The position numbers were made by a program, and so were the translations under genes. Of a stretch of DNA of 64,000 bases, positions 19,574 through 29,059 are shown one piece after another; position 1 is the first letter of the stretch, and each line of letters opens with the position of its first letter. Origin of the DNA: an archaeon (GTDB lineage Archaea > Nanobdellota > Nanobdellia > SCGC-AAA011-G17 > GW2011-AR17). The notes beneath the pieces were generated by a model. The model made no database searches and was not told where the DNA came from. It was given only the letters and a program-made list of their open reading frames with translations. Where the stretch lies: positions 120,413 to 184,412 of the forward strand of contig JABHYY010000018.1 of the NCBI GenBank assembly GCA_018653605.1. Direction: 5' to 3'.

Positions 19574-20646
19574 TAATAAAAAAAACAAAGTTGAAAAACA
19601 TTGACAAAGATGTAGCACAAGCTCTACAACAGATCAAATACCAACCAAAAAAGAAAAAAGTTATGATAAAACCTAATTTAGTCTATGGTACAGGTGCAAA
19701 ATCAGGAATAATCACACACCCAAAACTTGTTGAAGCACTAATTAAATTCCTACAAAAGTTTGATTGTGAAATAACAATAGCAGAAGGCAGTGGAGTTGGA
19801 CACAACACAAAACAAGTTTTCAAAAAAACTGGCTATGAAAACCTAGCAAACAAATATGGAGTAAAATTATTAGATTTGAATACCTGTGAAAGAAACGAAC
19901 ACAAATGGAAATATGGAAAAATAAAATTACCAAAGATTCTTGATGATCATGAATACATCAATGTTCCGACGCTAAAAACACACACAATCACAACAGTTAC
20001 ATTAGGAACAAAAAACCAAAAGGGATTATTAGATTGGCCAACAAAAAAATCATTCCACACAATTGGAGTTGACAAAAGTGTAAGAGCTTTAGCAGATGTA
20101 GTACAACCTGATTTAACAGTAATAAACGCATTATACTGTTTAGAAGGAAATTCTATTTCATTACTAAAAACAGGAAAGAAAATGAACATGATCATTGCAG
20201 GTCAAGACATGTTTGAAACTGACAACATTGGAATACAAGTTATGCAAACTGATTCTTCACAAATCAAACATTTTCCAATAATTAAAGACATCAAAATTAT
20301 AGGAGAAAAACTAGAAAAAGTACAAACTAAATTTGCAGAACCTCAAAAGATTAGAAAAATCCTAAACATTGAATTCCAAATGAATGGTTGCTCTGGTTGC
20401 AGTGTAAACATGGAAAGAACAATGAAAAAGATTGCAAAACACCCCTTACTACTCTTAAAATTCTTTTACTTAGCACTTTTCAAGAATATAACTTTTGTTT
20501 CTGGACATTCATTAAAGAGAGAATTAAGAAAAGGTACAAAAGTAATCTATGTTGGTATTTGCACACAAAAAATTTCTAACAACAAATACATCCAAGGGTG
20601 TCCACCAGAACCTGATTTGATCATTGAAGCTATTCGGAAAGCTTAA
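19564..20646 (+). CDS. DUF362-family protein with a C-terminal Cys cluster (putative Fe-S protein)
   Basis: VMIKPNLVYG...IAEGSGVG; C-terminal CSGC...GICTQK...GCPP. A tandem paralog of the preceding gene, overlapping it by 10 nt. Confidence 0.5.
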   Translation: MVVVIKKTKLKNIDKDVAQALQQIKYQPKKKKVMIKPNLVYGTGAKSGIITHPKLVEALIKFLQKFDCEITIAEGSGVGHNTKQVFKKTGYENLANKYGVKLLDLNTCERNEHKWKYGKIKLPKILDDHEYINVPTLKTHTITTVTLGTKNQKGLLDWPTKKSFHTIGVDKSVRALADVVQPDLTVINALYCLEGNSISLLKTGKKMNMIIAGQDMFETDNIGIQVMQTDSSQIKHFPIIKDIKIIGEKLEKVQTKFAEPQKIRKILNIEFQMNGCSGCSVNMERTMKKIAKHPLLLLKFFYLALFKNITFVSGHSLKRELRKGTKVIYVGICTQKISNNKYIQGCPPEPDLIIEAIRKA

Positions 20647-21770
20647 GAATTCAACCTTTTCTTCACAGACATAACATCTTTATACAAACCTTGCAAACTA
20701 GAAAGATTTCTAAAAGGACTACATAATGTAGAAAACCTGACATTATTATTAGCTTGATCAAAACAACAATTACAAATTGGATAAAAATCTCTTTTAGCTA
20801 ACTTCCTTCGAACACAATTAGCTTTCTTCCTTTCATCCCTCAAACATCCATCACGAACATTACCTTTTGGCTTCAATAACAAACAAGGCAACAACCCACC
20901 ATCATAATTAATTATCACATAAGAAAAAGGAATAAAACAAAAATAGTTTTTCATAACCCTATCATGGAAAAAACCTTTCTTCAACTTCAAATTCTTAAAA
21001 TATTCAACAATCCATTTCCTATTAAACTCTAAATCACAATCAACATCCAAATCAGAAGCAACAGCAATCCCCTTATCAATATACTCAATAATAGAATCAA
21101 CATCATAATCAGCAAACTCACTTTTATCACCAACAGCACCTAACTGAGGAAAATTACTCTCAATATTAATTGGTCTAAACATCACCTTACGAATACCTTT
21201 CTCCTTAGCCAACTTAACAATCTCAGGAATTTGTTTATAATTTTGACCCATTATAATCGATTCAAAAGAAATATTATCAAAACCTTTAGACTGGAACTTT
21301 TCAATACCTTTCATAATCATTTCATACAACTTAGGAGTTCGCCTACAATGATTATGCTCTTCAGCAACAGAAGAATCCAAAGAAATAATCAAAGAATCTA
21401 AATTCTTTAACAAAACCTCCATCTTATCATCAGACAAAACAGGCAACAATAAACCATTTGTAACAATTCCAACCTTAATTCCAGCCTCTTTCAACTTTTC
21501 AATTATCAAATAAATATCTTTTCTTAAAAAAACCTCACCACCACTCAAAGTCAAGTACTTAATACCCATGTCCTTCATCTCTTTAATCAACACCAAAGCT
21601 CTTTCAGTGCTAACTTCCTCTTCAGGCTTATACATATTCTTTATCCCCAATTCACAAAAGGGACACTTACAATTACACTGTGCTGTAATAATCCAATTAG
21701 CAATAAAAGGAGAATCCTTTTTACCATAATAAATATTCAACAATTTACCCATCTCTTTAACATTACTCAT
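20643..21770 (-). CDS. Radical SAM enzyme with a C-terminal SPASM/twitch-like Cys-rich domain
   Basis: CNCKCPFC (CX3CX2C), SGGEVFL; C-terminal CLLLKPKGNVRDGC...CNCCFD cluster. Confidence 0.75.
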   Translation of the reverse strand: MSNVKEMGKLLNIYYGKKDSPFIANWIITAQCNCKCPFCELGIKNMYKPEEEVSTERALVLIKEMKDMGIKYLTLSGGEVFLRKDIYLIIEKLKEAGIKVGIVTNGLLLPVLSDDKMEVLLKNLDSLIISLDSSVAEEHNHCRRTPKLYEMIMKGIEKFQSKGFDNISFESIIMGQNYKQIPEIVKLAKEKGIRKVMFRPINIESNFPQLGAVGDKSEFADYDVDSIIEYIDKGIAVASDLDVDCDLEFNRKWIVEYFKNLKLKKGFFHDRVMKNYFCFIPFSYVIINYDGGLLPCLLLKPKGNVRDGCLRDERKKANCVRRKLAKRDFYPICNCCFDQANNNVRFSTLCSPFRNLSSLQGLYKDVMSVKKRLNS

Positions 21771-22891
21771 TTCAAACTCCTCTTAACCCTTTTTTCAATA
21801 AATCTCCTCAAATAAGTCTTATGTATTTTAATTGCATCCTCAGGACAAACTTCATGACAACAGAAACATTTGATACACTTACTATAATCAATAACAGGTT
21901 TTTTATCTTTAGGACTAATAGCTTTTGCAGGACAAATCTTTATACAATTAAAACAAGACACACACTTATCAAGAACAATCACAGGTTTTGCATCAAACAA
22001 CCTTTTAGCTAAAGGATAAGATATCTTCTGAACTTTCCCAAAAATAGGAGAGCCAGTAAAAGAATCAGGCATTTTAATTGTCTTTCCAATGTAAACATGA
22101 TCACCAACAACTTCAGCCTCTTCATAAACTCCTCTTTCCTTAGCAATTCTCTGAATAGGAATCTCTGAATCTTTTTGACCAACAATTTTAACAACAGCAC
22201 TATCCAAAGCAAAAGCACTTTTAGAACATGCCATAAAGCCAAACTTCCTAGGAACACCATTTGAAGGACCATTCCCTTCCATCCCAACAACCCCATCCAA
22301 AATTGTCAAATCAGGTTTAACAAAATTAAAAACATCAATCAACATGTGAGCAAAAGCATCCCTATCCCTTCCAGTTTTGAAATGCATTTGATTTCTATTA
22401 TCAGGCTTAACCAACCCAAACATGTTTTTCACACCTAAAGTCAAACCCATCAAAGAATGTGTTTTCAGTTTAGCTAAACTAACAATAAAATCAGCCTTTG
22501 CTGCAACAGGAACTGCCAACTTCTTAAAATGCACATTAGAACTATTTTCAACAAACTCAAATTCTCCCAACTCTTTAATCTCAACATCCAAATCAGAACA
22601 AATTTTATCAACACCACACTTCTTTGCAGCATTCAAAGCAGAACCAATACTAGGAATCTCATAAATAAAAGGTTTACCACCCTTCTCAATAATAACCTTC
22701 AAAACAGCCTCGATAACAACAGGATGAGTGATAACAGCACTAGATGCATCTTTAGCCAAAAGAAAATTAGGCTTAACCAAAACAGACTTACCTTTCAAGT
22801 CCATATCAAAACAATCTTTAACAAAATCATAAACTTTCAAATCATAATTTTCAACATTCCTAATTAGAACTTTTTCCATTTCCTGCTCCAA
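21767..22891 (-). CDS. DUF362 domain fused to a 2x[4Fe-4S] ferredoxin domain
   Basis: VLVKPNFLLAKD...DGVVGMEGNGP is DUF362-like. C-terminal CVSCFNCIKICP and CIKCFCCHEVCP are two CxxCxxCxxxCP motifs. Stop/start overlaps with both flanking radical SAM genes. Confidence 0.65.
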   Translation of the reverse strand: MEQEMEKVLIRNVENYDLKVYDFVKDCFDMDLKGKSVLVKPNFLLAKDASSAVITHPVVIEAVLKVIIEKGGKPFIYEIPSIGSALNAAKKCGVDKICSDLDVEIKELGEFEFVENSSNVHFKKLAVPVAAKADFIVSLAKLKTHSLMGLTLGVKNMFGLVKPDNRNQMHFKTGRDRDAFAHMLIDVFNFVKPDLTILDGVVGMEGNGPSNGVPRKFGFMACSKSAFALDSAVVKIVGQKDSEIPIQRIAKERGVYEEAEVVGDHVYIGKTIKMPDSFTGSPIFGKVQKISYPLAKRLFDAKPVIVLDKCVSCFNCIKICPAKAISPKDKKPVIDYSKCIKCFCCHEVCPEDAIKIHKTYLRRFIEKRVKRSLK

Positions 22892-24059
22892 AAAAATAAT
22901 AGTAAAACACTTTAGTCAACTCTTTTGGACTCAAAACAGTATCCAAGAAAGATTGCCCTACTAAAGGACAATGACACTGGTTAGATTTTACAAACTTTCT
23001 CATCTCATTTGCTCTTTCAGAATGCCACAACTTATCAAAATCAAAAGCAAAGTCTCTAACATTACCCATCTCCTTCTGAAAGGCTTGCACATTACACAAC
23101 CACATTCCACCCCAAGGATTCAAATGAGAATTACTTATTCCAGCATAACAAGGAACAACTCTTTTACCACCAACCATAACTTTTTCAGCTCTTTTGTAAT
23201 ACACCAACCTCAAAGCCTGAACAAACCTACTAAACTTCCTATTAACTTTCATTTGCTCTCTAACATCATCCAACAAAAGACCAATCACTTTTTCATAATC
23301 ATTTCCAGTCGGTGTAACATGCAAATCACCCATCACACCCTCAAACTCATCTTGCAATTCTTTATCAGTATCAACATTAAACAATTCAGCTCTAGTGTCA
23401 GCAATCTCATGCAAAAAATTATCCAACCTAAACTCTTTTTCAACATACTCAGTAATTTCTTTAATATCACCAAGGTTACTCATACTAACAGTAACACCAG
23501 CATCCAAGTACAAGTTAGGATGCAACACTCTAATCTTAGCCAACCTTTTGTAAGTATCAACCAACTTATCAAAATTACCTTCAACACCTCTGATCTTATC
23601 ATGCTTTTCACCAATCCCATCCAAAGACAACTTAATTGTAAATTTAACATCCTTAGGAATCCTTCTCATAATACTCAAAGTCAACTTTTCAACTTTTTCA
23701 GGTGACAAACAATTAGTAGGAGTGTGAATCACTGTAGGCTTAAGATGTTTACAAGCAAGAACACAAATTTTATCCAAATCCTCTCTCAAAAAAGGTTCAC
23801 CACCACAAATACTCAACTGAAAAACAGGATCCATAGTCTTAAACACTTTTTCAATCTCATGCAAATTCAACTCTTTCTTCTCTTTTTCAGGAAACTCTTT
23901 ATACAACTTCCAAATATTACACATTGTACACTTAGATTGGCACTTATTAGTTATACTAAAATTAAAAAACAAAGGATGAGGAGGCCTAGCTAATCCCCAC
24001 ATAGCCAACTTATACTTTACCAATCTTGGAAAAACTTTCAAACCATATTTCAATATCAT
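22860..24059 (-). CDS. Radical SAM enzyme with a C-terminal SPASM/twitch-like Cys-rich domain
   Basis: CQSKCTMC (CX3CX2C), CGGEPFL; C-terminal VPCYAGISNS...WLCN...CHCP. Confidence 0.7.
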   Translation of the reverse strand: MILKYGLKVFPRLVKYKLAMWGLARPPHPLFFNFSITNKCQSKCTMCNIWKLYKEFPEKEKKELNLHEIEKVFKTMDPVFQLSICGGEPFLREDLDKICVLACKHLKPTVIHTPTNCLSPEKVEKLTLSIMRRIPKDVKFTIKLSLDGIGEKHDKIRGVEGNFDKLVDTYKRLAKIRVLHPNLYLDAGVTVSMSNLGDIKEITEYVEKEFRLDNFLHEIADTRAELFNVDTDKELQDEFEGVMGDLHVTPTGNDYEKVIGLLLDDVREQMKVNRKFSRFVQALRLVYYKRAEKVMVGGKRVVPCYAGISNSHLNPWGGMWLCNVQAFQKEMGNVRDFAFDFDKLWHSERANEMRKFVKSNQCHCPLVGQSFLDTVLSPKELTKVFYYYFFGAGNGKSSN

Positions 24060-25207
24060 TCTAAAACCCTCTCATACACTTCTGCAGTCTTTTTTGCAAC
24101 TCTTTCCCACTCAAACTGAGAATCAGCAATTCTTGCACCTAAAGATAACTTAGTTTGTAATTTTTTATCATTTAATAACTTTATCACACTATGAGCCAAC
24201 TTATTAACATTACCACCCTCAACAACCATAGCATTCTCACCATCTTTCAAAACTTCCATTATACCACCAACATCAGAAACAATAATTGGTTTGTTAAATG
24301 CTAACCCAACCAAAAGAGGACCACTTATAGTTTGTTCAGTGTTATGATAAGGCAAAACCATTATATCAGCCAAATCAAAATACTTGTGAACATCTTTATC
24401 TAAAATGTAATCAGGAAACATCCTAACATACTTTTCAATCCCTTCTAAATCATCTTCATACTCTTGCAAATCTTGCCAAAGTTCACCAGCAACAACCAAC
24501 CTAGCCTTAGGAACCTCTTTAATCACTTCTTTCATTGCCCTCAAAAGATATCTCAAACCTTTATACTCTCTAATATAACCAAAGAACAAAACAACTTGAT
24601 CATCATTTGACAATCCCATTTCCTTTCTCAAATCAGCCTTACTCTCTTTCTTCCACTTAGTAAAATATCCAAAAGTACCATGAGGCACAACATGAACATT
24701 AGAATCCTTAATCCCATAATCACCAACCAACCTTTTCCTATTCTGCTCAGCATGCACAATAAAATGATCAATCTTAGAAAAAACAGCTTTAGTAAAAACT
24801 TTATCAACAGCAGTTGACTCATGTGGCTCAATATTATGACAAGTTAAAACAGTTTTCTTCCTAGCAAAGAATTTATTCAAAACAAGAATCACATACTGCA
24901 AAGGTGTAAGCAAAGGTGAAACCCAATGTAAATGAATCACTTGATTATTTTTCAAAAAATTATAAGCCTTAACCCAAGACAAAGGATTGTACCAAGTTAC
25001 AAAATTATAACTTCTCTTGTAAAACCTAATCCCACTTCTATCTTTTGTAGGCAATTTACCTTTGTAAAAAAATGGAGGATACAATTTATCAAACCCAACC
25101 AACCTATGATCAACATACTCTTTCATAGAATTAGCCAAAAGTATACAGTATTGCACAATCCCACCTTGAAAAGGAGGATTATGCACCAACATTCCAACTC
25201 TAATCAT
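24056..25207 (-). CDS. GT-B glycosyltransferase, family 4-like
   Basis: Paralog of 17397-18509 (VGMLVHNPPFQGGIVQY versus ITVIGPTFPYKGGISHY). GT-B C-terminal domain. Confidence 0.65.
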   Translation of the reverse strand: MIRVGMLVHNPPFQGGIVQYCILLANSMKEYVDHRLVGFDKLYPPFFYKGKLPTKDRSGIRFYKRSYNFVTWYNPLSWVKAYNFLKNNQVIHLHWVSPLLTPLQYVILVLNKFFARKKTVLTCHNIEPHESTAVDKVFTKAVFSKIDHFIVHAEQNRKRLVGDYGIKDSNVHVVPHGTFGYFTKWKKESKADLRKEMGLSNDDQVVLFFGYIREYKGLRYLLRAMKEVIKEVPKARLVVAGELWQDLQEYEDDLEGIEKYVRMFPDYILDKDVHKYFDLADIMVLPYHNTEQTISGPLLVGLAFNKPIIVSDVGGIMEVLKDGENAMVVEGGNVNKLAHSVIKLLNDKKLQTKLSLGARIADSQFEWERVAKKTAEVYERVLE

Positions 25208-26645
25208 CTTTCTTAAACAATATCTTTCCCTTTATAATAGATTTTGCCCCCCTAAAAGTATATTTGAAATCTTCATAATTCTTAATCTTTGCAACTTGCG
25301 ACAACACATAAGATGGCCTTAAGAAAAACTTAGCATGTGCATTACTTACAATATCCTTCATCTCTTCACGAGGGATTATAGTTTTCAACACAGGCCCTGA
25401 AGTCATGTCAAACTTTGAACAATCATTCAAAACATCACTATAAAACCAATCATTCTCAATAGCCTGATCATACATCTCAGAACCAGGATGTGGAAACACT
25501 AACGAATACTGCACAGTGTCAGCTTCTAACTTCAAACCAAAATTAATAGTATTATCCATCTCAGCTTTAGTTTCCCAAGGAAACCCAACCATCAAATTCA
25601 CATGACAAATGATTCCAGCCAACTTAGTTAACTTAACTGCCCTTTCAGTCTGACCAACATCAATTTTTTTATTAGTTTTTTCCAAAGTTCTAGGATTCGC
25701 AGACTCAACACCATAACAAATCAATTTACACCCAGCTTGTTTCATTAACTGCAACATTTCCAAATCAACACAATCAACCCTTCCACTACAACTCCACACA
25801 ATATTAACATCTCTTCTTAAAATCTCATCACAAAACTCAACAACTCTTTTCTTAGAAATATTAAATGTCCCTTCATCAAAAAACACCTCTTCCATCCCAT
25901 ACCTCTTAATCAACCACTCCAACTCATCCACAACATTCTTTGCAGACCTAACCCTCACACTATGCCCATAATACACATGAGGCCAAAGACAAAAAGTACA
26001 CTTGTTAGGACACCCTCTTGCAGCCATCACAAAAGTAAAAGGAAAATTTCTAACATGCCCTTCAATATACCATTCATGTGGAATCAAGTCTCTATCAGGA
26101 AAAGGCAAAGTATCCAAATCCTTGATTAATTCAGCAGGTTCATTATTAACTATATCATCACCATCCATAAAACAAATCCCTTTAACTTTCTTTAAAGATC
26201 TTTTTTTCTTAATTGCATTAACAACATTCAAAGTAGTTTGATCCATCTCACCTTTAATCACAACATCAACTTTACTATTTTCAACAGTTTTTTCAGGGAA
26301 TTTGGTCACATGACTACCAGCCATCAAAACTTTAACATCAAACCTATCTTTAATTTTATTAACAACCTTCAAATCATAAGCATAAGTTGGAGTTGCAGTT
26401 TCAATAAAAATAACATCAGGATCAAAAGCACCAACTTCATCCAAAGTTCTTTTCAAATCAAAATCCTGAATCACAGAATCAATATATTTTACATCATAGC
26501 CATTCTCTTTAAGCAAAGTAGCCACATAACACAACAAAATCGGATATCTATTGGTTTTATCCCCTCTTTTCCTAGGCCACCTATTCTGGCTTCTAAGCCC
26601 ATAACCCTCTCCAGGCCATGGTGGATGCAAAAATAAGATTTTCAT
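25200..26645 (-). CDS. B12-binding-domain radical SAM enzyme (class B)
   Basis: An N-terminal B12-binding Rossmann-like domain (KILFLHPPW..., DVIFIE) followed by a radical SAM core AARGCPNKCTFC. Confidence 0.8.
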   Translation of the reverse strand: MKILFLHPPWPGEGYGLRSQNRWPRKRGDKTNRYPILLCYVATLLKENGYDVKYIDSVIQDFDLKRTLDEVGAFDPDVIFIETATPTYAYDLKVVNKIKDRFDVKVLMAGSHVTKFPEKTVENSKVDVVIKGEMDQTTLNVVNAIKKKRSLKKVKGICFMDGDDIVNNEPAELIKDLDTLPFPDRDLIPHEWYIEGHVRNFPFTFVMAARGCPNKCTFCLWPHVYYGHSVRVRSAKNVVDELEWLIKRYGMEEVFFDEGTFNISKKRVVEFCDEILRRDVNIVWSCSGRVDCVDLEMLQLMKQAGCKLICYGVESANPRTLEKTNKKIDVGQTERAVKLTKLAGIICHVNLMVGFPWETKAEMDNTINFGLKLEADTVQYSLVFPHPGSEMYDQAIENDWFYSDVLNDCSKFDMTSGPVLKTIIPREEMKDIVSNAHAKFFLRPSYVLSQVAKIKNYEDFKYTFRGAKSIIKGKILFKKDD

Positions 26646-26693
26646 TATAGAATTTTATTAATTCCTTCTTTTAAATGTTGCTAATCTCTAGTA

Positions 26694-27008
26694 TTAGGTA
26701 CTCGTAGACTTTACTAATTGTAAAGAAATATCATTAGGTTGAACAACAGTCCCATTCTTTCCAACAGGAATACCATCAGCAGTTATTTGTTCTAATTCAG
26801 ACATCAACAGATCTACTACCTCATGAGGATGAGGTTCATCACCAACAAGCCTTACAGGAATAGAATCAAAATGCTTTTGAACACGATAATTATCCAAAAA
26901 ACGAGGATTTAATTCATAATCATAAGTTGTTTGTCTACCAAGTAAACGACCTATTAGAGTAGGTGTTTTTACTTTTGGACCTGTGTAATAACCAATTAAA
27001 ACATGCAT
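26694..27008 (-). CDS. Hypothetical protein (104 aa, Lys-poor)
   Basis: A clean ORF between a B12-rSAM and a SPASM-rSAM; no motif recognised. Confidence 0.35.
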   Translation of the reverse strand: MHVLIGYYTGPKVKTPTLIGRLLGRQTTYDYELNPRFLDNYRVQKHFDSIPVRLVGDEPHPHEVVDLLMSELEQITADGIPVGKNGTVVQPNDISLQLVKSTST

Positions 27009-27095
27009 CTCCCAAAATGTTCATTCTTTATTTAAAAAACTTTCTACTAAGTCCTCAATAATAAAACTTTTATACCCCTTAGATTTCATAACAGG

Positions 27096-28100
27096 ATGCA
27101 AAAGCTAAAATTAATGGCAAAAACAGGAACAACCATCACAAAAGTAGGCCTAGGCTCAAGAATTCCACTAAGAGTAACTCACATTGTAACAAATGCATGC
27201 AACTTAAGATGTAAATATTGTTATGCAGAATCATTCCAAAAACAAAAAGAAATGTCAACCAAACAAATCATGGACATGATGCTTGAATTCAAAGCAATGG
27301 GCACAAAGATTTGGAAAATTGGAGGTGGCGAACCTCTTCTAAGAAAAGACATTGACAAAATAATCACATTTGGCAAAAAACAAGGGTTCACTATAAACAT
27401 GGACACCAATGGAACACTTGTTAAAAAAAACATTGAAACCTTAAAAAAATTAGACCATGTACAAATTAGCCTTGATGGCCCTGAAGAAGTGCATGATAAA
27501 ATCAGAGGAAAAGGTGTTTACAAACAATGCATAGAAGCTTTTGACTTATTAAACAAAGAGAATGTTAAACCGCTAATCAACTGTGTTATTAGCAAACACA
27601 ACATTGACCACATTGAATACATGTGCGACCTTGCAAAAGAAAAAGACACTTTTATCAATTTTCAACCAGTTGTTCCAGTTACAAAAGATGCAGAACAAGA
27701 ATTTTCAAAAGAAATCATAGAAAAAAAAGTGTTTGACAAGATTTTAGAGTTGAAAAAAACCAATAAACACATTGCAGTTTCAGATGCAAGCCTAAAAAGG
27801 TTCAAAGCATTTTATGAAGGAAAGATTACTAAGTTCCAAAAAAACTGTTTAGCAGGAAAAATATACTGCATTGTTTCGCCACAAGGCAAAGTTGGCAGAT
27901 GCATTGACGAACTTGGAACAAAAAATGTTGATGCTTTAGAACTTGGTTTCAAGAACGCATTTAAAGCACTTTCACAAGACTATTCCTGCGACTGCACTTT
28001 CTGTTGCTACTATGACTTATCAAGAGTTTACTCACTCAACCCAAAGCACAACCTAAGAGCTGCCTTTAATGTCCTTTCTGGCAGATGGGTCTACAACTAA
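27096..28100 (+). CDS. Radical SAM enzyme with a C-terminal SPASM/twitch-like domain
   Basis: CNLRCKYC (CX3CX2C), IGGGEPLL; C-terminal CLAGKIYC...GRC...CDCTFCC. Confidence 0.75.
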   Translation: MQKLKLMAKTGTTITKVGLGSRIPLRVTHIVTNACNLRCKYCYAESFQKQKEMSTKQIMDMMLEFKAMGTKIWKIGGGEPLLRKDIDKIITFGKKQGFTINMDTNGTLVKKNIETLKKLDHVQISLDGPEEVHDKIRGKGVYKQCIEAFDLLNKENVKPLINCVISKHNIDHIEYMCDLAKEKDTFINFQPVVPVTKDAEQEFSKEIIEKKVFDKILELKKTNKHIAVSDASLKRFKAFYEGKITKFQKNCLAGKIYCIVSPQGKVGRCIDELGTKNVDALELGFKNAFKALSQDYSCDCTFCCYYDLSRVYSLNPKHNLRAAFNVLSGRWVYN

Positions 28101-28985
28101 CTTCTTGTAAACCAAAGAAGGCAAACCAACCACCAATTCTGAACTTAACATCAAAACCCTATGCATCAAAGAAACAGTGATAGCTAATGCAGGATCAACA
28201 GAGAAAAATACCAAAGCTCCAACCAGAGTAATATCCCTCACACCCAACCCAGCAGGTGAAAGAGTAACAAACACAAAAAACTGTGAAGCATAAAATAGTA
28301 CTACAGGCAATAGTATCCCCAAGTTCACATCAAAAGCAAACAAAATAAAATAAAAAGCAAAGCCATGCAAAATAGCTAAGATCATGTTTAGAAAAAATGA
28401 ATAGTAAAAAGTCTTAGTTTTTCTGATTCTAGAAAACTGTAAGATTAATTTTTTAATAGCTTTTATTGGAACAAAATAAAATATTTTGGGATAGATTAAG
28501 AAACTAACCATTGTAATCAAAGCTACAAATCCTAAAACTTGCACCCAAACACCATAATCAATCAAAAACAATAAAAAGGTAACTGCGAAAAGACAAGCAG
28601 TCAACAACTCAGCAAAACTTTCAGCAAACATTGAAGAAATCTTTCCATCAAGATGTTTATAATAATCACTGCAAAGCTTGTACTTCATAACATAATTCAT
28701 TCCTTTAGGTGGAATATACTTATACATGTTTGAAATGAAATAAATAATGAACAAATCTGAAAAAGAAACCTCTCTGTTAAATATTTTTATCAAAATTGAC
28801 CACTTAAAGGCGCAAATAGTAACTATGATTAGGAATAAACCAAAAGCATAAGCCAAGTAATTCAAGTTAGCATTCTGTAAAGCATAAACAATAGTAGAAT
28901 AATATTTACTAGCATAGAATATCAAAGCTACAAACAGAGCCACATTCAGGAAATAAAAAAAATACTTAGTAAATGCCTTTTTCAT
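28053..28985 (-). CDS. Flippase-like membrane protein (lysylphosphatidylglycerol-synthase TM region / UPF0104 family)
   Basis: An 8-TM protein with the conserved LSPAGLGVRD motif typical of the LPG_synthase_TM/DUF2156 family that often accompanies GT2 enzymes. Its 3' end overlaps the convergent rSAM gene by 48 nt. Confidence 0.45.
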   Translation of the reverse strand: MKKAFTKYFFYFLNVALFVALIFYASKYYSTIVYALQNANLNYLAYAFGLFLIIVTICAFKWSILIKIFNREVSFSDLFIIYFISNMYKYIPPKGMNYVMKYKLCSDYYKHLDGKISSMFAESFAELLTACLFAVTFLLFLIDYGVWVQVLGFVALITMVSFLIYPKIFYFVPIKAIKKLILQFSRIRKTKTFYYSFFLNMILAILHGFAFYFILFAFDVNLGILLPVVLFYASQFFVFVTLSPAGLGVRDITLVGALVFFSVDPALAITVSLMHRVLMLSSELVVGLPSLVYKKLVVDPSARKDIKGSS

Positions 28986-29059
28986 GTCTAAACTTTATTA
29001 TTTTAGGTTTAAAAGATTTGTGCATAATTCTTATAAACAAAAAACTAAAAAACAATCTA

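Noticed and set aside
28053-28100. A 48-nt convergent overlap between the rSAM (27096..28100) and the flippase-like gene (28053..28985), considered as evidence of a frameshift or pseudogene
   Set aside because: Both ORFs have intact conserved motifs up to their termini. Short convergent overlaps are common in compact genomes. No evidence of disruption.
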